A stretch of 64,000 bases of DNA from a virus (taxonomy: Duplodnaviria; Caudoviricetes): positions 96,001 through 160,000 of the IMG/VR virus record IMGVR_UViG_3300028591_000086; one strand, 5' to 3'. The notes beneath the pieces were generated by a model. That model saw only the letters and a list, made by a program, of their open reading frames with translations. It was not told the origin of the DNA and searched no databases. Position 1 is the stretch's first letter, and each line of letters opens with the position of its first letter. Positions 48,919 to 57,340 of this stretch are shown in pieces. A program made the translations under genes and the position numbers.

Positions 48919-49001
48919 AGGAGCGTATCAGCGCGGTCTTATAAACCGTCCAGTATAATGCTTGTAACTGGTGGATGTGGGTTCAAATCCCACCGCTCCT
49001 A
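48919..49001 (+). tRNA. D-armless tRNA-like RNA with TAT (Ile) anticodon and long variable arm
   Basis: AGGAGCG/CGCTCCT acceptor; only 7 nt replace the D arm; GCGGT-CTTATAA-ACCGT; CCAGT/ACTGG extra arm; GTGGG-TTCAAAT-CCCAC. Confidence 0.65.
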
Positions 49002-49004
49002 CTC

Positions 49005-49706
49005 GGAATCCGTTTGGATTCCATTCTATTCTGTATTCTAGTAATGTCCAGTATGGATAAGAATGTGTTGTTACGCGTATATGTTACGCGTATAAAGTTA
49101 TCTTAAACACATATCAAAACAGATCATAAATGAATGAAAGGATAATTTGTGATTTGGCATGAAGAAAGGATCAGCAGTTATGAACTTCTGAAAAAAGTTG
49201 GAACACGTCATGTTAGGACTGAAATTCCGTCACTTTCAACAGTGGGTAAAGTCCGAGTATTGATCAACCGAGGCGATTGTCGGTTTCGACATAACTTCAT
49301 GCGTTGATTTTAACGTGAAATACCGAATTGAAAGAAGTGCTTAGTTTTATGGTTTTCTAATGCTAACTAACTCTGATTAGGGATGCTGTAGAACAGGAGC
49401 AACGTTTTTAATAGAGCTTGATGAGTTAGACAAAAAAGATCGAGTTACTAATCACTCGGTTGTAGATTTATCAGATGTTAAAGTTATAACCTTTCTTAAA
49501 TAACAACATGACACTGAAATGAATCTATTAATTGACCACTTAGCTTGTTTAGCTGTTTGGTGGGCGATAACAAAAAGCGCTCGTAATCCATGCGAGATGC
49601 AGAGCTCGTGCATCAAAAACGAATCTATTGATTCTTAGAGGAGGATTACGTCACTTTATGATTTTCTACGTTGGAATTTCATAAAGTGGTCCAGTACGAG
49701 AACCTG
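49005..49706 (+). ncRNA. candidate large structured ncRNA (ROOL/GOLLD size class)
   Basis: ~700 nt ORF-less, richer in GC than surroundings, many hairpins, embedded between tRNAs. Confidence 0.5.
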
Positions 49707-49710
49707 GTAT

Positions 49711-49784
49711 GGAGTTATGGAAAAGTTGGTTAATTCGTCAGCTTGTCACGCTGAAGATCCCGGGTTCGAGTCCCGGTAACTCCG
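49711..49784 (+). tRNA. trnD: tRNA-Asp(GTC), copy 2, identical to copy 1
   Basis: Sequence identical to 48651-48724. Confidence 0.93.
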
Positions 49785-50000
49785 TTTTATGCTGAATTCT
49801 AACAGCCGTTGTTCGATTTAATATAAACGATAGAAGATATATAAGGGTATATGCACTGTCGTTGTTCAGTCGAATGATAAAATGGAATATTGTCATTGAG
49901 AATCAGTGAATCGAGACGTATATGGCTAATCATTGTATGCGTTTTTAAACTATAAGATTAGACGGCTTGGAAATACCCTAACTTGTTTCCAGGTATTCGT

Positions 50001-50299
50001 GGCGGGATGGCGGAATTGGTAGACGCCCAGGACTTAGGAATGAATTTGAGCACCTAGATAGGAAACTTCTAGTGTGAATGCTATCTAAACGGAGAACTCT
50101 GTAAAATGACAACTTCGTACTAACTGAATTAATTCAGGAATGCGTAGAGACTATACGGTAGCCACCTAAACAGAAAAGCATGGTGAAGACATAGTCCAGA
50201 CCACCAAACGATGTTCTTTACATTGGTAACGAAAGTTATAGTGGTATGAAAATCCTGTGCTGAGTAATCAGCGTGTGAGTTCAAGTCTCATTCCCGCTA
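50001..50299 (+). tRNA. trnL: tRNA-Leu(TAA) interrupted by a group I intron (exons 50001-50035 and 50249-50299)
   Basis: GGCGGGATGGCGGAATTGGTAGACGC 5' half; spliced anticodon arm CAGGA-CTT|AAAA-TCCTG; long variable arm; GTGAG-TTCAAGT-CTCAT T arm. Confidence 0.9.
50036..50248 (+). mobile_element. 213-nt group I intron, no ORF
   Basis: U before the 5' splice site, terminal G, R element GTAGAGACTATAC and S element AAGACATAGTCC (P7), P1 guide TTGAG. Confidence 0.88.
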
Positions 50300-50304
50300 C
50301 CTAT

Positions 50305-50426
50305 GGAAGTGTGCGCAGAATAGTAAATGCGGAACGCGAGATAATATCAACCGCTCAAACGGTAGCTAAAAATTGGCCCGGTAGGAATTAACCTTTTAAT
50401 TGAGGGTGCAACTCCCTTTACTTCCT
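50305..50426 (+). ncRNA. tRNA-like RNA with expanded non-canonical anticodon domain
   Basis: GGAAGTG/TACTTCC acceptor, CGCA-GAATAGTAAA-TGCG D arm, GAGGG-TGCAACT-CCCTT T arm, ~70 nt multi-hairpin insert. Confidence 0.55.
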
Positions 50427-50430
50427 TTAA

Positions 50431-50637
50431 GAGATAGTCACCAAACAGGAGAACTTGATATTGATGAATTTCTATGTACTGATTACGCGCGTGTGGTCAG
50501 AGATTAGTGTTCATCGAATCTTGTTCTGCTCTTTCTAGAGCAGATAGGGTCTGGTCAACTCTAATACGTGGTGAATATTAGAGGATTTTATACGCCTGTC
50601 TTACTGTGACTCCCTAGGGAGTCACTATCTCTTTTTT
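50431..50637 (+). ncRNA. unassigned ~200-nt structured RNA ending in a terminator
   Basis: GAGATAGT/ACTATCTC closing stem, ACAGG/CCTGT, long internal hairpin, GTGACTCCCTAGGGAGTCAC palindrome plus T-tract. Confidence 0.45.
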
Positions 50638-50659
50638 ATTTTTTAAGGACGGTTAAGTA

Positions 50660-51109
50660 ATGAGTGAAGAAAAGAAAATTACAACCAATTATCCTATACC
50701 TGTAATATCTATTTCTAATGTAAATCTTGAAAAAATTAGACCTGCTGAGTATTTAGCAACTATGTCTAATAATTTATTGAAGTTTTTATCAGAAATTAAT
50801 AAAAGTTTTGAAACTGTAAATTTTCATACTGAAGGAACCGATGAGTTAGTAGATCGTACTACGAATAAGACTGAAAGCAGATTTATGATAAATCTCACAA
50901 GTAAAGATAAAAAATATAAATGTGAATTTATTACTTGTATTTTTAGACACGATACATTGACTCGAAATAATGATACGATCTATGATATAGAACTTACTTC
51001 GTGTGAACCTTTACCCGTAACAATATTACCATATTGGACAAGGATGAAACTTTTACGTGAATTTAGAAATATCATATTTAAGGAAATAAATAACATGATA
51101 GTTTATTAA
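50660..51109 (+). CDS. hypothetical protein
   Basis: 149-aa ORF followed by a terminator at 51115-51147. Confidence 0.75.
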   Translation: MSEEKKITTNYPIPVISISNVNLEKIRPAEYLATMSNNLLKFLSEINKSFETVNFHTEGTDELVDRTTNKTESRFMINLTSKDKKYKCEFITCIFRHDTLTRNNDTIYDIELTSCEPLPVTILPYWTRMKLLREFRNIIFKEINNMIVY

Positions 51110-51285
51110 TATTATAAATATCCTAGGCAATTTGCCTAGGATATTATTTTTATTTAAACGGATTTTCGTGTTTATATTATATTCATGACATAGTATAGAA
51201 AGAACTCTATGGGGTGTATAAATAAAAGCCTTACGATAGATAGTAATTCTATACGAAAATACTTAAAGGTGTAAAGGAGAACACT

Positions 51286-51840
51286 ATGAAAATTAATTAC
51301 AATCTTAAGGGTAGATTCGGATTTGACAACAACAAAGATACTGGTTCAAAATCAGTTAAAGGTTTCAAGAAATTCTTCGCTAAGAAAGAAGAAGAAACTA
51401 CTGATGAAAAACCATCTGTAAAAAGCGAGTCTATATTTAAGAATGACACAATGGGGTTTGGCGGAAACTGGCTCTTATCAGGATCAGTAGAGCTTACTGT
51501 TGACGAGTTAAAAGAACTCGACCGTGAATATAGAGAGCAGATCAAGAATGGAGACGTTCTTGAAACTGCTAAGCAGACAGCTGGTGGTCTTAAAGAAATC
51601 TTAAGTGGAATGTGTGAAGCATTTGTTGAAAATGCTGAGCCAGTCTATGACAAGATTGAAAATCTTGTTCAGCGCTATGCTGATAAGGATCACGAATTTG
51701 ATATGCAGTCAATTCGTGAAGAAGAAGAAAAGAATGCCGCTCGTCATGACAATCGCATGAATGAACTTCGCCGCGATTCAGAAGCAACTCGTTTAAGAAA
51801 GCAGCTTGACAAAGAAGAAAAAGCTCTTGATGAAGAGTAA
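51286..51840 (+). CDS. hypothetical early protein with coiled-coil C-terminus
   Basis: AAGGAG RBS, TATATTAT at 51173, terminator at 51860-51893. Confidence 0.85.
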   Translation: MKINYNLKGRFGFDNNKDTGSKSVKGFKKFFAKKEEETTDEKPSVKSESIFKNDTMGFGGNWLLSGSVELTVDELKELDREYREQIKNGDVLETAKQTAGGLKEILSGMCEAFVENAEPVYDKIENLVQRYADKDHEFDMQSIREEEEKNAARHDNRMNELRRDSEATRLRKQLDKEEKALDEE

Positions 51841-51914
51841 TCTGTCTTAGTCCAACCCTAAAAAGAAGGAATCTGTATAAGGTTCCTTCTTTTTTTCTTG
51901 ATTTTATATGAAAA

Positions 51915-51926
51915 AACATCCTAATG
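51915..51926 (+). promoter_or_regulatory. late-type promoter of the structural operon
   Basis: AACA-TCCTAA-TG immediately after a terminator. Confidence 0.65.
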
Positions 51927-51974
51927 ATTTATATAGTAAATACTTTAATTTTCTTGTTTAAATAGGAGAAAATT

Positions 51975-52961
51975 ATGAATAAATTATCACAAACTTTAAC
52001 TTTTCAGAGGATTTCAAAAGCTTTACCTTCGCTTAAAGAGCAATTGAATCCTGCTAATTTTCCTAAATATACGATACCTATCAATTACTACGATAGTTAT
52101 TTTAATATTATCGGTGTTAAGAAATATCCATTAGTACAACCTACTATCAAAGCAGCTAAAGCTGGAAAAATTAGATTATTGAATCATTCTGATCCTTATA
52201 ATTATAATGATAAAAAATCTATTCTTTCAGATGCATTATCTACTTTGGTAACACCATCTAAAGATGGAGATTATGTTGTATATGTAAACGCAATGAAAAA
52301 AACCGGATATATAAGAAACGTTGATAAAGAACCTGTTGGTTTAAAAATCAACGAAGTTTCTTTACACGCATATCTTCAATCAGGATACATTAGTTATCTA
52401 TTTACTAAAAAAGATGCTGAGATAACTAATAATGTTAAATTACAGACTCTTATGGCCGAATTTTATGCTTCTGCAATGAGTTATGTCATTGATAAGATTT
52501 ATCCTATATCTGGTGAAACAGATGCTCCTATTAGATTAAATTTTCTTTTAGGATTATATTACTTACAAGTAATGTGTGGATATGATTTAGAAAAAGCATT
52601 GAAAATCGCATTAAATATTAAAACCGTGGATGCTGTAGTCGTAGCTAATCAGTCTAGAGCTTTCCAAAATGAACAGCTTGTTATGAAAGATTTTGAAGAT
52701 TTCTTAGAAGCGTTTAAAACTGAATTTCCGTTTGTTAAGAGAGATTCTGTTACGTTACATAGTATAGTAGGTGCTGTTCAGAAATACTATGGTTCTTCGG
52801 CTATGTATGCTGTTGAACATTCACAATCATTCATGAATATGATTATGCATGCTAGATTCGGTTCTGGTATATATTCAGATAAGGCTATAACAGGACGAGT
52901 TCCTTCTCCATTAGTTAAAAACGTAGAAAGTATTTTATTACTTATAAGTGGAGAAGTATAA
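51975..52961 (+). CDS. hypothetical protein, first gene of late structural operon
   Basis: 328 aa, AGGAG RBS. Confidence 0.85.
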   Translation: MNKLSQTLTFQRISKALPSLKEQLNPANFPKYTIPINYYDSYFNIIGVKKYPLVQPTIKAAKAGKIRLLNHSDPYNYNDKKSILSDALSTLVTPSKDGDYVVYVNAMKKTGYIRNVDKEPVGLKINEVSLHAYLQSGYISYLFTKKDAEITNNVKLQTLMAEFYASAMSYVIDKIYPISGETDAPIRLNFLLGLYYLQVMCGYDLEKALKIALNIKTVDAVVVANQSRAFQNEQLVMKDFEDFLEAFKTEFPFVKRDSVTLHSIVGAVQKYYGSSAMYAVEHSQSFMNMIMHARFGSGIYSDKAITGRVPSPLVKNVESILLLISGEV

Positions 52962-52975
52962 TTTGGAGGATTTAT

Positions 52976-55900
52976 ATGTCTATTATTAATGACAAAATCG
53001 CATCCAATGTGTTGGACGGAGTTATTAATGTACATGGTACACGTAGAAACTTAGATGCTTCTACTGATGAACGAAGATGTATGAGATTAACTTCTGAAGA
53101 TATACAGCATTATTTATCTCAGTTTAAATATAATACTGGGACAGTATCGGATGGTAAAAATATAGTAATAGATGAGTCTGTTATTTATGTTAGGATACCG
53201 TTAAACATGTGTTTAGTTGAAAGTAATAATAATACTGAAAATGAACACGAGAGTTATTTATATAACGTGGAGAATCGTTCTATGTCTAATAGAGATTCTT
53301 TGTCAGTATATGTTGACGGTTTTAAAATACCAGATTCGGAAATAAGGTTTTATCCTACTATATCAAACGTTGATGTATTTATACCTACAAAGTATTTAAC
53401 TGTAGATAGAGAACATGAAGTTATAATTGAAGAAAAACGATACGATTTATTTCCATATATTCATTATTATGAAAAGAAAAGTTCTAGTCAGCATATAATT
53501 ATTCCTATATCTCAAGCAGTTAAAAATAAAATATCAGGAATGTTAAAAGGAAATCTAGAAAAATATTTTCAAATATATTTAAATAGAAGATTGTATAATA
53601 GTTCTAGAACAGTAAATATCGTTGGAAACAATATAGAAATTTATATTACGTCTGAAGTAATTGATTCTGAAATAGAAATAATGTTTGATCCTTTTATCGT
53701 TTGGTATTTTCCATCAAATACATCAGTATATAATGATACTAAGAATGTTTGGAAGGTATCTGAGGAATATTTGGACTCGATACATGGACCTTTGTCTAAA
53801 TTTTCATGTGCATTCTTTGTTAACGGATTACGTATAATGAATGACGAAGTTGATCAGAAAGGTAGACTTCATTTTGAATATGATGGTGTATCTACTTCTG
53901 ATAATGCACTTTCTTTTTATTTATCAGACAGAGGTTATATAACCGATGAATATCTTAAATTGTATGGTAAAGATTATTATCTGTACAATTTCATCGGGTG
54001 TGATGCTGTAAATAACGCGTTACATAATACTATTAGCGGTTCTCCTTTTATTGATGAGGGTGCTAATAAAATAATACCATTTTCAGTTATGAAGTCTATA
54101 GGTTCAACCAAAGTCAATTTATCTTTACCTAATGGTGTAAGATATCATGAAGATGGCGTTCAAAACTTAAAAATAAAAGTATATAAAACCCGATCCATTG
54201 GTGAAAACAGATATCAGGTTGATACTGAATTAACTGAAATAAACAGAGATGATTTTGAAATAAATTATTCATCAAATCCTGTAACCATTGCAATTAATGC
54301 TCCATCTTCATATATGGCAAACGGTACAACTACTTATGGATTTATAGAAATAGATTCTTGGTTTAGTTGGGATTACGTATTGAATGATAATGGTTCATTA
54401 TTTACTAGATCATCTGTTGATGAAATAATTTCTAAGTTTGAGAAATCTTATGACCATTCTGAAAAAGTTGCTAATCTATTAAGAGATAGACCGTATTTGA
54501 TGAGAACTTTCTTAGAGAATTTTGGTTATAAGAATTTTGATTCGCAAGTAGAATATAATGGAACAGATGCTTATGTGTATTTTGGTATACCGGATGATAT
54601 AGGTAAAAATACTAAAAAAATATATGATATCTCTATAAACAATAAACATATTCCTAATAGTAGAATTACGGTCATAAACAAAGATTTAACTGACGTTTTC
54701 AAACTTGAGGGTAAATATTTTGAAAAAGGTATAAATGACATATCTATACAAATAATAGATAAAATACCAATACAATATAAGAAATATACGCAAGATGATA
54801 TACGTGAAATTGATGGTCTTAGGATTCTTGAGGTAAAAGGTTTTGAAAATTTTGGGAATATTGAAAACAATATTATTGTTCTCGAACAGGTTGATTCCAC
54901 CGATGAATCAATACAAAGATTTCCGACATCAGCAAATAAGGGATATAGATTATTTACCGATTATGAATTCGGTCAATATGATGGAGAAAATAATATAATA
55001 AACTTAATTTTCACAAAAATACCTGAACACGATTTCTTAGTGTATAATAAAAATTTTTCAATGTCTTATGCATATGTAAAACCTGCTATATCTACTGTAA
55101 CTGATGTAGTTATACCGCTGTATCATGGTCAAGAATTTGATCCTATACCACTTATACCTAGAGGAAAAATTTATGTATATTGTGGTAATGATAAATTCAT
55201 TGAAGGTGTAGACTATTTTGTTAAAACTCCAGAAGATGACCCATCTATAGTAGGTTCATATATTATAATGAAACGAATTGTCCTCCCTGGTTCACAAGTA
55301 GATATATATTTTTCAAACCATAGAACCACTTCTATTTATAACAAAACAGGATATTTTAATAATAATAAATATGGTCTTTTTTATTTGAATAATTTAAGAT
55401 TCCCTTTTTCTCTTAAATATATGAATTTTTATATTAATGGAAATAAATTAAGTGAAAATGATATCGATATTCTTTCAGATAAATTGATCCGTGTTCATTC
55501 TGTTCCGATACCAATGTTTGATTTGGTTGTTGAAAGTGTATTTACAGTAGATGATAGTGAACTTGAACCTTTTATAATGCAATATCAGCCAGATGCATTT
55601 GAAAGATATTTGGCTAGATTATTTGTTGGGGCAAATTATGCCGGAGCATATCAAGATTCTGGATACGATATAAATGAAATATACGAATCATTCATCGATA
55701 CGGTTGATTCAGTCAATAAACGTCCTAATCCTATATCTAGAGATGACGAATGGATACCTTCATATAATGATGATGAAAATAAAATAGGACCTTACAGTGA
55801 TGGTAGTGTATTAGACGGTAAAGATATTCACACTTCTCTTATAGTTGGTAATATCTATATTGTAGCTGGTGACAAAGGTAAAGTTGCTTCATGTAATTTA

Positions 55901-57319
55901 GATAATGAATTATGCAGATGGACTAAATGTAATGATGAAGTTCCTTCGTTCCAAGGAGCAATTTTCAATGACGGTACTAATTTAAACAATGAAGATATCG
56001 TTAGCTCAGTTTTATTTCATGATTATATAATTTTTGGAACTAAAATTGGACATCTGTATGCTTATGGTGTAAATAGTAAACGTTGGTATAATTCAAACGA
56101 TTTATCATTTTTAAACATATCCAATTCGTGGGTAGAAAATACTTCTATAAACGGATTCGTTGTAGATCCGGTTTCAGATGTATTATATATGTATGGTGAT
56201 AATGGAACAGTAGATGGTTATTCAATAGCGGATAATAAATGGTTTGGAACATCTTATTCTAAATTTAAGCCTTATAATTATTCGGTTGGAACAACTGGGG
56301 TTATGGGCAACATTTATGATGCGTTTATAACTAATGAAGTCCCATATAGAACTTTAGTCGTTTTAGGTGAAGATGGAAAAGCAGCTTCATGCTTTATAGA
56401 CTGTGATAGTAGTAATAACTGGGTAAAACCTGATTCAACTAATCATTTAGATTCATCCGGTTTTAAACCTAAAATATATTCTGATGGTAATTATAGAAAT
56501 AACTCAACAATCCGTTCACATTGTGAATATTTTGGATTTAAAGTATTAATTGGTGATAATGGTGTAGTATCATATTTCGACGGTTCATTTTTTATAAATA
56601 ACGATAGTTTGCATATTTGTAATGATGGTTCACATCTTAATAATTTGATAGCATATGATTGTGTTTCTTATAATGAAAAGATGATTGTCGTCGGTGGACA
56701 AAACGGAAAAATATCGGAATATGAAGGTGAAACCAAAAAATGGTTTAATTGTGATAGCGGAAATGGAATTTCTAGTGATGGTATATATATGGAAGGTAAT
56801 GATATTTATACAATGCAGTTGATAACAGGAAATATTAATTATATAATATTTGCTGGAAAAAATGGAAAAGTCTCTTCATATAACATATCATTATCTAATG
56901 TACCATATAGATATAATCCGTTTAAATCTGCTTTTTTGGAATGGTATACTACACCAGGAAATGCAAGAATTGCAACTAAATGGGAAATACCAAAAGAAGT
57001 TTCTAAAAAATTTGATATGCTTTTGGAATCTAACACAGATGATGCTTCTGGAAGTATTTGTATCAGGGACGGTGATGATGATCTTATGGTAGAAATACTC
57101 ATGAATGATAACGGTGATTATCCATGGGAATTACCTAAACGTCGTAAAATTCTAGCAGATTTTATACATAGTTTACCAGACGGATTATATTCCATAGACC
57201 AAATATTTGAATTATATAAACAATCTAATATTAAACATTCTTTATATGAAGAAGATCTTATATGTCTAAAAGACGGTGATGAGATAGATTCAGATGAAGA
57301 TATAAATATAACCCAATAA
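52976..57319 (+). CDS. putative tail/baseplate structural protein with C-terminal beta-propeller-like repeats
   Basis: Repeated YVDGFKI / FVNGLRI / YINGNKL modules; xxGDxGKVxS...W blades; late operon. Confidence 0.65.
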   Translation: MSIINDKIASNVLDGVINVHGTRRNLDASTDERRCMRLTSEDIQHYLSQFKYNTGTVSDGKNIVIDESVIYVRIPLNMCLVESNNNTENEHESYLYNVENRSMSNRDSLSVYVDGFKIPDSEIRFYPTISNVDVFIPTKYLTVDREHEVIIEEKRYDLFPYIHYYEKKSSSQHIIIPISQAVKNKISGMLKGNLEKYFQIYLNRRLYNSSRTVNIVGNNIEIYITSEVIDSEIEIMFDPFIVWYFPSNTSVYNDTKNVWKVSEEYLDSIHGPLSKFSCAFFVNGLRIMNDEVDQKGRLHFEYDGVSTSDNALSFYLSDRGYITDEYLKLYGKDYYLYNFIGCDAVNNALHNTISGSPFIDEGANKIIPFSVMKSIGSTKVNLSLPNGVRYHEDGVQNLKIKVYKTRSIGENRYQVDTELTEINRDDFEINYSSNPVTIAINAPSSYMANGTTTYGFIEIDSWFSWDYVLNDNGSLFTRSSVDEIISKFEKSYDHSEKVANLLRDRPYLMRTFLENFGYKNFDSQVEYNGTDAYVYFGIPDDIGKNTKKIYDISINNKHIPNSRITVINKDLTDVFKLEGKYFEKGINDISIQIIDKIPIQYKKYTQDDIREIDGLRILEVKGFENFGNIENNIIVLEQVDSTDESIQRFPTSANKGYRLFTDYEFGQYDGENNIINLIFTKIPEHDFLVYNKNFSMSYAYVKPAISTVTDVVIPLYHGQEFDPIPLIPRGKIYVYCGNDKFIEGVDYFVKTPEDDPSIVGSYIIMKRIVLPGSQVDIYFSNHRTTSIYNKTGYFNNNKYGLFYLNNLRFPFSLKYMNFYINGNKLSENDIDILSDKLIRVHSVPIPMFDLVVESVFTVDDSELEPFIMQYQPDAFERYLARLFVGANYAGAYQDSGYDINEIYESFIDTVDSVNKRPNPISRDDEWIPSYNDDENKIGPYSDGSVLDGKDIHTSLIVGNIYIVAGDKGKVASCNLDNELCRWTKCNDEVPSFQGAIFNDGTNLNNEDIVSSVLFHDYIIFGTKIGHLYAYGVNSKRWYNSNDLSFLNISNSWVENTSINGFVVDPVSDVLYMYGDNGTVDGYSIADNKWFGTSYSKFKPYNYSVGTTGVMGNIYDAFITNEVPYRTLVVLGEDGKAASCFIDCDSSNNWVKPDSTNHLDSSGFKPKIYSDGNYRNNSTIRSHCEYFGFKVLIGDNGVVSYFDGSFFINNDSLHICNDGSHLNNLIAYDCVSYNEKMIVVGGQNGKISEYEGETKKWFNCDSGNGISSDGIYMEGNDIYTMQLITGNINYIIFAGKNGKVSSYNISLSNVPYRYNPFKSAFLEWYTTPGNARIATKWEIPKEVSKKFDMLLESNTDDASGSICIRDGDDDLMVEILMNDNGDYPWELPKRRKILADFIHSLPDGLYSIDQIFELYKQSNIKHSLYEEDLICLKDGDEIDSDEDINITQ

Positions 57320-57340
57320 ACCTAAAAGGAGATTACACAT

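Noticed and set aside
50028-50040. tRNA-Leu(TAG)
   Set aside because: TAG arises only across the exon-intron junction; the spliced anticodon is TAA
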